From an uncultured virus (IMG/VR IMGVR_UViG_3300022921_000005) (taxonomy: Duplodnaviria > Heunggongvirae > Uroviricota > Caudoviricetes), in the IMG/VR virus record IMGVR_UViG_3300022921_000005: DNA of 60,446 bases; one strand, written 5' to 3'. A model generated the notes under the pieces. It was not told the origin of the DNA, did not search any database, and worked only from the letters and a program-made list of their open reading frames with translations. Shown one piece after another: positions 1-9,482 of the stretch; positions within the stretch are counted from its first letter, which is position 1, and every line of letters begins with the position of its first letter. The position numbers were made by a program, and so were the translations under genes.

Positions 1-471
1 TTTAGTGTCAGTGCCTCGAAGAATAATCTTACCATCTTCACCAACAATTGTCAACTCAGGAAAGTCCATGATACCAATTGCTCGGCGCACTTCTTCCAGA
101 TTTGATTCGGTAATCTTCATCGACACCACTGATCCATCGAAAGCTGGATCTTTTTGCGGCGGTGACACAACTAGATCAGTCGGCGCACACGTAAATGTAA
201 CCACTCGTCCGTCAGCAAAAATCTTGAGTTTCTTCTCTTCAATCTCAAACGTTGGATCTGCAAAGCCACGGAACGTTGAGAGAATGCCAAGAAATCTAGA
301 CAGATCATAGATTGCAAACTGTGTCTCTACCTCGTGATTTAGTCTCGCTTTCGCAATGACTGTTTTCGTTGGCGAGATTGTCCTAAGAACATCACCCTCA
401 TTAAAAACAATCGAAGGATTGATTTGAGAAAAATTCTGTAACACTTCAATTGAACGATCATTGAGATTCAT
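1..471 (-). CDS. gp45: DNA polymerase sliding clamp (partial, runs off window start; not in ORF track)
   Basis: Manual translation from ATG at 471: MNLNDRSIEVLQNFSQINPSIVFNEGDVLRTISPTKTVIAKA...FAIYDLSRFL, the typical T4-like gp45 N-terminus; GGAG RBS at 481-484; synteny with gp46/47. Confidence 0.92.
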   Translation of the reverse strand, partial: MNLNDRSIEVLQNFSQINPSIVFNEGDVLRTISPTKTVIAKARLNHEVETQFAIYDLSRFLGILSTFRGFADPTFEIEEKKLKIFADGRVVTFTCAPTDLVVSPPQKDPAFDGSVVSMKITESNLEEVRRAIGIMDFPELTIVGEDGKIILRGTDTK

Positions 472-483
472 TATATACTTCTC

Positions 484-1452
484 CTATTTCTTTTTACCAA
501 GTTCTTTAGCGTCTGCGGTGGCCGCGGCTCCAACAGATGCTAAATGCGCTAATGATCCACCAAAGATATAACTGCCTACGTGCTTCAGTTCCATCCAAGG
601 ACATAACCAAACTTTCATACCCATTCTCTGTACATTATAGCAGAACATATAGTCTTCTGACAAGTACCTATTTGAATATTCTTTTGTATGAATTCCTGTA
701 GTTTTATCTGACAAAAATTCTACCACATCATCTCGTGATGCATCAGGATTCTGATCATAGAACGCATTGATTTCATTCATAAGATTCTGTGACTTGTCAT
801 CAATCAGCGCATCAAAATATGCCATGATCTCACGACTGCCATCGAAGTTAGCCGTTCGAACATGATCTGGGCGATACTTGAACTGAGGATATGCTTCATC
901 GTATTTGTGAAACACTTCTTTCTGAATCATCATGAAACCAGTGCCGCCTTCGAGTACCTGACATGGCTCGCCGATCTTAATCGCGCCATCTTTATCAGTG
1001 CGTAAAGGATTAAATACATAGTCGCCTACGAAGTTCTCAAGTACATTAGGATCTTCGTCAGCAACACCCTTATCGACTGCTCGCTTGATCTTTTCCCATG
1101 AGATAGTCTTCTTAGGATAAGGACCACAGAGAACGTGATAGTCTGGATTCTGACAAGACATACCTAACATCGCAACAACATCTTCAGCTTTGAAACCAAT
1201 GTCAGCATCAATAAACATCAAGTGAGTACAGTCCGAGCGCATGAATTCGTCTACACAGTAATTTCTTGCTCTCGTAATTAATGATTCATTGAACAAGAAA
1301 TAGAACTGAAGAGGAACTTGGTACTTAGCCAAGAGACCAGTTAGATCAGCAATAGACTTCGTGAACATACCAGCACACTGACCGCCATACATCGGAACAG
1401 CGAGAAACAGTTTACACTGTCTCAATTCTTCCATTTTAATTGTTAATTCCAT
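484..1452 (-). CDS. Conserved phage protein with GT-A (glycosyltransferase family 2-like) fold
   Basis: LFLAVPMYGG...ESLITRARN...HLMFIDADI (DxD)...GTGFMMI...YLSEDY.FC...LKHVG motifs. Confidence 0.7.
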   Translation of the reverse strand: MELTIKMEELRQCKLFLAVPMYGGQCAGMFTKSIADLTGLLAKYQVPLQFYFLFNESLITRARNYCVDEFMRSDCTHLMFIDADIGFKAEDVVAMLGMSCQNPDYHVLCGPYPKKTISWEKIKRAVDKGVADEDPNVLENFVGDYVFNPLRTDKDGAIKIGEPCQVLEGGTGFMMIQKEVFHKYDEAYPQFKYRPDHVRTANFDGSREIMAYFDALIDDKSQNLMNEINAFYDQNPDASRDDVVEFLSDKTTGIHTKEYSNRYLSEDYMFCYNVQRMGMKVWLCPWMELKHVGSYIFGGSLAHLASVGAAATADAKELGKKK

Positions 1453-1475
1453 AGTGTTTCCTCTAAGTTTTCAAT

Positions 1476-1504
1476 ACTATAACAGATGTTGTCATGGTTG
1501 TCAA
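1476..1504 (-). promoter_or_regulatory. Sigma70-type (early) promoter
   Basis: Minus strand TTGACA-17 nt-TATAGT with a TGn extension, about 25 nt upstream of the 1452 start. Confidence 0.75.
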
Positions 1505-2280
1505 GCAAATTTTGGAGTGAAGTCATACCAGTTCCTGTCGATAGCGCCCTGATTTTCAGCGACTTGTACTGAGATTGAGATTCTAGGCCCAATCGAATGC
1601 GCCCTGTGAAATATTCCTTTAGGCAAATAGAGAACGTCACCTTCAGATAATACCTCATCAATGAAAGGCTCATGCTTCGATTCTTCTTCTTCAGTCATTA
1701 TGTTCTTTTTGCCATTGGTAAAAATTGGATAAACTTTCCAATGAACTTTTCCAATACTGTGAATTATGAAGTTATCCAAACCGTCGGCATGACACTCGAA
1801 TGAATGCGCACCTTTATTCTGTGAACAATAAAAATGTGCATCAGCCGCACAGCCAGCTTTTACTATTGACTCATAGCCTTTCTCAAATCCGCCACAGATA
1901 GAATTGATGTTAGGTGTCAATTTTCCAGCTTTTGTCAAAATTATCGATGTGTCATTATTATACCATAATGTCTGCAATCTCTTTGCATCAAACCAATAGT
2001 CTTCTCTACGCCAGAACTTAGAACCCTCTGGTTTCAGGTAGTTAGGTCCTGGCTTTTCCATGCAGAGTTTCAATGGCATTGGTTCAGCAGGAACAATCGC
2101 CTGTAAGCCAGATACAGCCCTATCATTGCTAATGTACTCACTGAACTTTTTCCATGATATAATATCAGAGAAGAATTTCTTTCTTACTTTGTTGCCACGT
2201 GAGACGAATGGCTTCTTGCCTTTGTATTCACTGACAAACTCTTCTTCTGAAATAGGATCAATAAGGTCTTTAAATAACAT
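1501..2280 (-). CDS. JmjC/cupin-family 2OG-Fe(II) hydroxylase (YcfD/ROX-like)
   Basis: F.DLI.PIS.EEF..EY.GKKP N-terminus; HAD metal motif, G.VHW.VY, L..GDVLYLP.G..H.A. Confidence 0.85.
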   Translation of the reverse strand: MLFKDLIDPISEEEFVSEYKGKKPFVSRGNKVRKKFFSDIISWKKFSEYISNDRAVSGLQAIVPAEPMPLKLCMEKPGPNYLKPEGSKFWRREDYWFDAKRLQTLWYNNDTSIILTKAGKLTPNINSICGGFEKGYESIVKAGCAADAHFYCSQNKGAHSFECHADGLDNFIIHSIGKVHWKVYPIFTNGKKNIMTEEEESKHEPFIDEVLSEGDVLYLPKGIFHRAHSIGPRISISVQVAENQGAIDRNWYDFTPKFA

Positions 2281-2545
2281 TATTTTCCCTGAGAACTTGC
2301 TCTACTTGCTCTTTATAACTAGGCTCAGTTCCATCAATTTCTACAATTTTATGAAGTTCGGAATCTACATATTGATAAGCCTCTTCGCCGCCGCTGACGA
2401 CTCTATCAATAAACTCTCTACATTCTGCTTCTGACATAAAAATTTTGTCAATAACATTTGCTTTTTTCCATGATGCATCAGTATCAATCACTGGTGACCA
2501 AATACTAGCGTCTTTAGATATTCTCGTATAAATTTTATAAGGCAT
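2270..2545 (-). CDS. Hypothetical protein
   Basis: ORF with GGAG RBS, tightly packed between gp46 and the JmjC gene. Confidence 0.65.
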   Translation of the reverse strand: MPYKIYTRISKDASIWSPVIDTDASWKKANVIDKIFMSEAECREFIDRVVSGGEEAYQYVDSELHKIVEIDGTEPSYKEQVEQVLRENNVI

Positions 2546-2554
2546 AATATTCTC

Positions 2555-4261
2555 CTATGTTGCTATTCTAGAAAAGTTTTTAATCTTTTCAAACTTGATC
2601 ACGCTGTGAAACTTATCAAACAACTGATCACCTTTGTGACTGATTACAAATACATTCGTATCGCCAGCCAACTGCGTGATGATCTTAAGGAACTCTTCTG
2701 TTCCAGTGTTATCGAGAGAACTATCGAACACTTCGTCCATGATCAAAAGATTGGTGGAGATTGAGTTGCGTAACTTAGCGACTGCTCTCCATGTGAATAG
2801 CAATGACAAATCAATCCGCATCTTTTCACCTTCTGAGAAGGACTCATATGTAAATTCATCTCTAAATCGTGACTTAATTTTCTCGTTGAAATTCTCATCA
2901 AGTTCAAACTGAACAAAGAATTCCATAGTTGCGAGATACTTATTCACTAGCTTATTTATAATAGGAATATACTGTTTTATGATTTTTGCTTTAATTCCTG
3001 AATCTTTTAGCATAGATACAGCGACATCATATTCCTCTTTCAACAGTAACGCTTTCTCATGTATCGCTTGTGTCTGCTTGATCTGTTCTTCCAAACTCTT
3101 TAGTTCTTCAAGCGAATTATCATCAGTCACATCTTCTTCGGTTATCTCAGTCTGGAACTGTTTGATCGCATTAGTTGAAATCTTGATATTAGAATTTTCT
3201 TCCATTATCTTTTGATTCAGTTTGTTTATCTTGTTTTGTATTCCAGCTATCTCTTCAAGACGCTCATTGATATCTTGATATTCGTCGGCGAATGCTCTAA
3301 TACCATCTTCGAGTTCCTGCATCTTATATTTTTGTTTCTCGACACGTTTCTCGACAAATAAAGAGTCGAGGTCTTGCTGGCACGTAGGACACTCATCATT
3401 GTTTTCGAAGAAATCAATCTCTTTTGAAATCGTTTCTATCTTACTACTCACACGATATTCTAGCTCACGTAACTTTTTCAGTTTCGTTTTCATTCTATCA
3501 TGATCTTCAATGAACGCCTCAAGCATTCTATTTTCATTCATGTAGTGTTCTATGTTTGCTTGACTCTCTTTAATTTTTATATTGAGTTGCTGAATCTTGT
3601 TTGCTTTTGCTTCTCTATCACTGCACTTCAACGAGCGAATCTGATTCATATGCTTCTTGGTCATCTCGACCTTCTGCTCAAGTAAATCAATGCTATGTTT
3701 TGCTTCTATGATTTCATTTTTATTATCAGTAATTTTCTGTTTAAGTATGCCATGCATGATCGAAAAGATTTTGATATCAAGCAAATCTTCGATGACATCT
3801 CTTCTCTCTTGCGCTTTGAGTTGCATAAACGGTGTGAAATTAGCAGAGCCAATCACGACAATTTGAGTGAATGATTTATGATTGAGTTTGAGAATATTTT
3901 TCTCTAGATGCTCTTGATATTCTTTAACTGAAGCATTTTGATCGACCAGAACATCATTGCAATAGATTTCAAAAACAGCAGGCTTGATGCCGCGAATGAC
4001 TTTATAGTTTTTCTCTTTGATCTGGAATTCTATCTCAACGAGACAGTTTTTGCCTGTTATGCTATTGACAAGTAATGGCTTGTTGATGTTTCTATATGGT
4101 CGACCATATAACGAGAAGAGAACAGCGTCAAGTAACGTAGACTTGCCTGCGCCATTCTCGCCTAGAATTAATGTATTCTGCGAACGATTCATATCGATCT
4201 GAGTCCACTGATTGCCAGTGGACAGGAAGTTCTGCCAGCGTACTCGCTTAAAGTGAATCAT
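2555..4261 (-). CDS. gp46: Recombination endonuclease subunit (Rad50/SbcC-like ATPase)
   Basis: Walker A GENGAGKST, CPTC zinc hook, FSEGEKMRID signature, LLIMDEVFD Walker B. Confidence 0.97.
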   Translation of the reverse strand: MIHFKRVRWQNFLSTGNQWTQIDMNRSQNTLILGENGAGKSTLLDAVLFSLYGRPYRNINKPLLVNSITGKNCLVEIEFQIKEKNYKVIRGIKPAVFEIYCNDVLVDQNASVKEYQEHLEKNILKLNHKSFTQIVVIGSANFTPFMQLKAQERRDVIEDLLDIKIFSIMHGILKQKITDNKNEIIEAKHSIDLLEQKVEMTKKHMNQIRSLKCSDREAKANKIQQLNIKIKESQANIEHYMNENRMLEAFIEDHDRMKTKLKKLRELEYRVSSKIETISKEIDFFENNDECPTCQQDLDSLFVEKRVEKQKYKMQELEDGIRAFADEYQDINERLEEIAGIQNKINKLNQKIMEENSNIKISTNAIKQFQTEITEEDVTDDNSLEELKSLEEQIKQTQAIHEKALLLKEEYDVAVSMLKDSGIKAKIIKQYIPIINKLVNKYLATMEFFVQFELDENFNEKIKSRFRDEFTYESFSEGEKMRIDLSLLFTWRAVAKLRNSISTNLLIMDEVFDSSLDNTGTEEFLKIITQLAGDTNVFVISHKGDQLFDKFHSVIKFEKIKNFSRIAT

Positions 4262-5319
4262 TATTCAACACTCAATGCTTCGTGATACAAATTCTCGAAC
4301 AATACTTTTAGATTACTAGTTTTCGTATCATCTAGTTTCAGATTATCAATATATGTTTTCACAATAGTCACTGTGTCCTCTGCTTCATCAATGATAGAAT
4401 CATCTTCGACATTCAGATTCAAGTTATCTTCTACGACTTGAATGTGCGATGGTAGACATGCATTTATTCTGTCAACAAATAAATCAAAGATGTAAGGATT
4501 CTGTTTGTTCTTTACAATCACTTTGACTTGCTTGTTTTCAAGATACGAGAAATCTTTAGAGAGAATATCATCCTCACTTTCTACAATGTCATCATAGAAT
4601 ACTTTATAGAACATACTATATGGATTCTGAATGAATGTCAAGTCTTTTGTTTCGGTGTCAAAGATATGAAAGCCGCGTGGATCATCATAGTCACTCCATG
4701 TCATCTCGTATGGTGCGCCAAGATAGTGGATATTTTCGCGTGAAGATTTATGGTGAAAATGACCTGACATGACAGACTCGAACTTACCAAATACTTTTCG
4801 ATCTAAGCCGTGATCATTAATTGATCCTTTATACATCTCAAAGCCTTGTAGTTCTAAGTGACCCATAACAACAGTGGCAGACGTACTGGAGATTCTCTCC
4901 ATTGATTCTTCAGTATTATCTGGTGAGATCCATGGTACAAAAAGTATTTTTAAGCCATCAAACTCTACCTCAGTCGTGGCGCTATAGACAGTGTATTCAT
5001 ACTCGCCTAAGAGGAGTTCTGGTGAGTTTACTCGATTGGTATTTTTATAATAGATGTCATGATTACCAACGATGCAGTGAAGATCGATATTCTTATCTCG
5101 TATGGGATCAAAGAAATATTGTTTGCATCTGTTAAGAGAGTCAAAATTGACATACTTGCGCCTGTCAAAAATATCGCCTAACTCAATGATCGTGGTGATG
5201 CCATGTTCTTCCAGGAATGGGAAGAAAAACTCTTTATAGAAGAAAGAAAAGTAATCATGAAATTGTGCATTGTCGCCTCGCGCACCGAAGTGCTGATCTG
5301 TAATAAGTGCTATTTTCAT
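4261..5319 (-). CDS. gp47: Recombination endonuclease subunit (Mre11/SbcD-like nuclease)
   Basis: TDQHFG, LGDIFD, VGNHD, SGHFH phosphoesterase motifs; adjacent to gp46. Confidence 0.97.
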   Translation of the reverse strand: MKIALITDQHFGARGDNAQFHDYFSFFYKEFFFPFLEEHGITTIIELGDIFDRRKYVNFDSLNRCKQYFFDPIRDKNIDLHCIVGNHDIYYKNTNRVNSPELLLGEYEYTVYSATTEVEFDGLKILFVPWISPDNTEESMERISSTSATVVMGHLELQGFEMYKGSINDHGLDRKVFGKFESVMSGHFHHKSSRENIHYLGAPYEMTWSDYDDPRGFHIFDTETKDLTFIQNPYSMFYKVFYDDIVESEDDILSKDFSYLENKQVKVIVKNKQNPYIFDLFVDRINACLPSHIQVVEDNLNLNVEDDSIIDEAEDTVTIVKTYIDNLKLDDTKTSNLKVLFENLYHEALSVE

Positions 5320-5345
5320 AGATAAAACTCTTGTCTAAAAGTACT

Positions 5346-5374
5346 ATAATAGCAGGTAAAAACTCGTTTGTCAA
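5346..5374 (-). promoter_or_regulatory. Sigma70-type (early/middle) promoter for gp47-gp46
   Basis: Minus strand TTGACA-17 nt-TATTAT with a TGn extension. Confidence 0.75.
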
Positions 5375-7119
5375 ATAATATACAACTTCCTTTTATGCTC
5401 CCAGACAAGATGATCTAAACCTGTTTGGTCTAGTATATCCAATGCAGTAGACATTTTATTGCAGATAGGTTTTCCTGCGACATTAAACGATGTGTTTAGT
5501 AAGACATCGGTAGGATGAATCGTTAATAAGTCATATAGTAAAGATGACTGATCCTTTGTGACTGTCTGCAATCTAGCTGTGCCATCAACATGTACAACAG
5601 AAGGAAATACATCTCTATATTCTTCACGTACTCTAGGACAATAACCCATAGCTTCCATATTTTCATAATCTGTACTTTCAAAATATATTGGCGCGTCTTC
5701 TTTCCTGCATACTGGAGCAAAGGGTCTGTATATTTCGCGAAATTTAACTTTCTTGTTTATTTTGTCTTTAGTGTCAGCAAACTTAGGATCAGCAAGTATT
5801 GACCTATTTCCAAGAGCCCTAGGTCCTATCTCAGAACGACCTCTGAACAATGCTAGTATCTTTCCACGTGATAGCAGTTTTGAAATCTCTTCCAAGGAAG
5901 TTTCACTACTCATGAGCAACAAATCTTCAATAGGAAAATCATTCTGTATTTGCATTCCTGAATAGATAAACTCAAAATCAGTTTCAATATCATTCGTTAT
6001 CATCCACTGTAACATATTACCCATCGATAATCCACTATCATCTGGATTAGGAGGAACAAAAACATTAAAATGTGGATATCTGTCTTTTATTTTTTGATTG
6101 AGTAGAACATTCAGTGCTACTCCACCCGAAAGTACTAAGTTATTATCATGTTTTTGAATGTCAACTTTGTGATTTTCAATTGTCGCGAGAGTAGAATTTT
6201 CTATTTCTTTCTGAGCAACCCACATCATTTGTTTTGCAAATGATTTCTGTGTTTCTTCATCAGCATCAAATATTCCAGGCTTTATTTTATTAATATTATA
6301 CAAAGTCATTCCGAATTTAGGTTTTTCTTCGTGAGGATTAGGAATTATGGTTCTGAAGTTTTTTCTCAGTTTTATTTCCATTTCTCTGTCTGGCATTTCA
6401 AATGCACACATTCCCATACCTTTACCCGCACAGTCTAACAACTCAGATCGCTTTCTGGTTGTTACGATTTGACGTTCTTTTATTTTTTTACTCTTGATAA
6501 TCTTTTTAAAGTTTTTTATATGATGTGGCTCTTTTTTTGAGTTCCACAATGCAAGCGCAATATCTGAATATGCATTATAACAGATACCATTCATTTCTAT
6601 ATATTTTTCTATGGTTGTCAAATTATTGTCTATGAATGAATAAAAATTAAAAGATTCTCTATCACCTTCACCATCTTGCGAAAGAACCACACACTTGTCA
6701 AAACCAGACTGTCCATATGCACACCATGCATGTCTCTGATGATGTGTATTTGGAGAGTATTCAATCAATGAGTTTTTGCATACATCTAACTGCAAGATAA
6801 AATTAAGCGATCTTGCTATAGGCGAATCTGAGTCAGGTATGTTATCTTTAAAGCCCTCAGGAATATTAACAATAAGTAAATCAATTTTTTCAATTCGTAG
6901 TATTTTACTTATGTAAAATTGTAGTGCCTGTTTAACTGTTTTTCTTCTGTCTTGATTTCCAGCATCTCTCCAGAAACTAAAATGTTTAATATCTAACAAG
7001 GTAGACAGACTAATATGAAACAATTTTTTAAATTGATGATGGTAGATTGTTACGCAATTATCATGACCTTCAAGATAAAAGGACATCACTGTGTTGATTG
7101 GTGTTTCAGTCTTCATCAA
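5371..7119 (-). CDS. Carbamoyltransferase (NodU/CmcH/TobZ family)
   Basis: GHD, HH..HA, DGEGD, SGGVALNV, PPNPDDSGLSMG, GRSEIGPRALGNRSILADP, KFRE.YRPFAP, HVDGTARLQTV, LLNTSFN motifs. Confidence 0.93.
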   Translation of the reverse strand: MMKTETPINTVMSFYLEGHDNCVTIYHHQFKKLFHISLSTLLDIKHFSFWRDAGNQDRRKTVKQALQFYISKILRIEKIDLLIVNIPEGFKDNIPDSDSPIARSLNFILQLDVCKNSLIEYSPNTHHQRHAWCAYGQSGFDKCVVLSQDGEGDRESFNFYSFIDNNLTTIEKYIEMNGICYNAYSDIALALWNSKKEPHHIKNFKKIIKSKKIKERQIVTTRKRSELLDCAGKGMGMCAFEMPDREMEIKLRKNFRTIIPNPHEEKPKFGMTLYNINKIKPGIFDADEETQKSFAKQMMWVAQKEIENSTLATIENHKVDIQKHDNNLVLSGGVALNVLLNQKIKDRYPHFNVFVPPNPDDSGLSMGNMLQWMITNDIETDFEFIYSGMQIQNDFPIEDLLLMSSETSLEEISKLLSRGKILALFRGRSEIGPRALGNRSILADPKFADTKDKINKKVKFREIYRPFAPVCRKEDAPIYFESTDYENMEAMGYCPRVREEYRDVFPSVVHVDGTARLQTVTKDQSSLLYDLLTIHPTDVLLNTSFNVAGKPICNKMSTALDILDQTGLDHLVWEHKRKLYII

Positions 7120-7630
7120 TAAATTTCTCCAGACCTACCTTCTCAGTCTTTGATTTAGTTTTTTTCTTTTCGAATTTTTCAAGTATTGGTATCATCTTCT
7201 CATTTGTCAAATCAATGCTTGCATATATTTCTTGATCTAACGGATCGTCTGACAAACTCATATCAACAGCTAAATTTTCAAGTGACTTAAATTTGATATA
7301 TGTCTGCTTCTTTTCTTTTTCTATTCGGCGCAAGAATGCATACCAGATAATCTGTGTGAAGTAAGCAAAAGGATTTTTAGATTTTTCAGGATTAAAACTG
7401 TGAACAGCAACAATACAATTCTCTAGGCCATCACTGACCATTTCATCTTTATATGTGTAACCAGAGAAGTTGACTTTAGATGAAAGTCTCGTTGCTATCA
7501 TTAAAAAACACTCACCAATTTTCTCTGGAATTCTTGGTAAAGGTTTATCCTGACTTCTGGCCTCATTACATTTCTCTCTGTAATCTACCAACATTGCATA
7601 AAACTCTTTGTTATCAATGTAGTTACTCAT
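7106..7630 (-). CDS. gp55: Sigma factor for late transcription
   Basis: YIDNKEF...IGECF..IA..LS...NF.GYTY.DEM.SDG.ENC...F.PEKS.NPFAYFTQI. Confidence 0.96.
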   Translation of the reverse strand: MSNYIDNKEFYAMLVDYREKCNEARSQDKPLPRIPEKIGECFLMIATRLSSKVNFSGYTYKDEMVSDGLENCIVAVHSFNPEKSKNPFAYFTQIIWYAFLRRIEKEKKQTYIKFKSLENLAVDMSLSDDPLDQEIYASIDLTNEKMIPILEKFEKKKTKSKTEKVGLEKFIDED

Positions 7631-7639
7631 AATAAATCC

Positions 7640-8038
7640 TTAATGTAATTTTTTATTAGGTTTCAAGTTTTGAAAAAATTGCTCGACTAGCTCTTCAGCT
7701 TTTTCTTCTTCTTCATTCTGGTCGAGAACATCGCCCATTATAGTATTATAGTTTAAATTGTTCATTTTATCAACTGCTTTGAAATAATGATCTACTACAA
7801 ATGGAAATATTTCTCTGTGTGTCGATACTATAATATCTTTTTTGAAATAAACATCAGAAGATGAATCATACGGACAATATTTATTAAAGTAGAACGCATG
7901 ATTTCCTAAGTTATTTAGTCCGTATCGGATAAGCATAGCGTCAGCGATGTCGATGCCTCGATCATTCTCTGACAGTAATCTACCGACTACCTCACAGCCG
8001 TCAACGAGATGTAGAATTATTACTTTATCTTCAGTCAT
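7640..8038 (-). CDS. Conserved hypothetical protein between uvsW and gp55 (Sm-like N-terminus)
   Basis: L.L..G.EVVG motif; conserved position in marine T4-like phages. Confidence 0.65.
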   Translation of the reverse strand: MTEDKVIILHLVDGCEVVGRLLSENDRGIDIADAMLIRYGLNNLGNHAFYFNKYCPYDSSSDVYFKKDIIVSTHREIFPFVVDHYFKAVDKMNNLNYNTIMGDVLDQNEEEEKAEELVEQFFQNLKPNKKLH

Positions 8039-9482
8039 TAGGAATTCCTACCGTATAGATTTTGTAATCAAATTTTTCTTCATCGTAAACCTCTATGCGT
8101 TCCAGTAGGTGTCTGAGAGTAAAATTTGTTGAGGATTTGTAAGACAAGTCATCGGATATGTCGTATAACACAGCAGAAGATTTTGTGTCTGACTTTCTGA
8201 GACCTCTTCCAATAGACTGCAAGTTTCTGATTTTTGATTTACTTGGCGATGCAAAGATAACATTGTGGAGATTCCGAATGTTGACACCAGTACTAAAAGT
8301 ACCATAACTTGCCACAATGATAGCGTTACTTTCGCCTTCAACAACTCTACGTATGTCATCTCTCTCTGCTCCGTCTACGCCGCCATGGATGAAGAATACT
8401 TTTCTCTCACCATCGCGATCTCTGATGCAATTCGTCAGTACTTGTCCGTGTTTGTCCACATACTGGAACAATATCAACGTATTGCCTTTCAGCGAGAGAG
8501 CAAGATTGGTGATAAACTTGTTTCTCTGTTCGTTTGATACGATGAAATCCATTTCATCTTGATAGCTCATTTTCGATACTATTTTACGTGTTTCTTCTGG
8601 ATATGTCAATGTAATTATCTTGATCTTAAAGTCGGCAACTGTTCCTTGATCCATCAGTTCTTTCGTTGTGATCACTTTATTGACAGGACCAAATAAACCC
8701 TCTAGCACAAGTTTATGTGTCTGTGTGCCGTCCAGAGTACCTGTAAACCCATATCTATACTTAGTATCAGTCATCTTTGACATGATAGATGTCAGCGACT
8801 TAGCTTTAAATAAATGCGCCTCGTCACCAACGACAACATCAAACTTCTTGAACCATTCTTTCTTCTGCTTGTATATAGATTGCCATGTAGTGATGACGAT
8901 AGGTCTATCAGTATCTTTGTCTTGACCAGAGAATATTTTATGACAATATTTCTCAGACTTAAATCCGTATGATTCGAAGTCGGAATACATTTGATGAACG
9001 AGAGTTGTCGTAGGAACAATGATCAATGTAGGGCGCAAGTAATAGCGCAGAATCATATAGATAATGAAAGACTTACCAGACGCTGTAGGACTAACGAACA
9101 GACCGCGTCTGTAGCGAATTGCATCGATAAATGCTTCGACTTGATAATCTCTGGGCTCAAGAGTAAACTTCTGTTCTTTTAAAAACTCAGCCGCTTCGAC
9201 TACCGATAAAACTTTTGCTGAATTATCATAGTCATATTTTAATGTGTAGCCACGCTCTTTACAAAACTCTTCTACGTAGTGCATGAGACCAGAATATAGC
9301 AACTCATTCATCGGATTGTAAAGTCTAATATTACCATCCCAGACTTTATTGCGATATGCGGGCATGAATTGATAACCAGGAACTTTGAAAGTAAAAAACG
9401 CAGACAACTCCTGAGCGATACCTTTGTCTGATATCTGTATCTGCGTATGTACCTCGTCTACTTTCTTAGCTGTTAAAATCAT
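8031..9482 (-). CDS. uvsW: RNA-DNA/DNA-DNA helicase UvsW
   Basis: PRDYQ, SPTASGKS, DEAH, GFTGT, QSIGRGLR SF2 motifs. Confidence 0.96.
   Translation of the reverse strand: MILTAKKVDEVHTQIQISDKGIAQELSAFFTFKVPGYQFMPAYRNKVWDGNIRLYNPMNELLYSGLMHYVEEFCKERGYTLKYDYDNSAKVLSVVEAAEFLKEQKFTLEPRDYQVEAFIDAIRYRRGLFVSPTASGKSFIIYMILRYYLRPTLIIVPTTTLVHQMYSDFESYGFKSEKYCHKIFSGQDKDTDRPIVITTWQSIYKQKKEWFKKFDVVVGDEAHLFKAKSLTSIMSKMTDTKYRYGFTGTLDGTQTHKLVLEGLFGPVNKVITTKELMDQGTVADFKIKIITLTYPEETRKIVSKMSYQDEMDFIVSNEQRNKFITNLALSLKGNTLILFQYVDKHGQVLTNCIRDRDGERKVFFIHGGVDGAERDDIRRVVEGESNAIIVASYGTFSTGVNIRNLHNVIFASPSKSKIRNLQSIGRGLRKSDTKSSAVLYDISDDLSYKSSTNFTLRHLLERIEVYDEEKFDYKIYTVGIPND

Noticed and set aside
5..310. 101-aa + strand ORF and the 1443-1673 ORF
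   Set aside because: The first is antisense to gp45; the second is an out-of-frame overlap of the JmjC gene spanning a promoter
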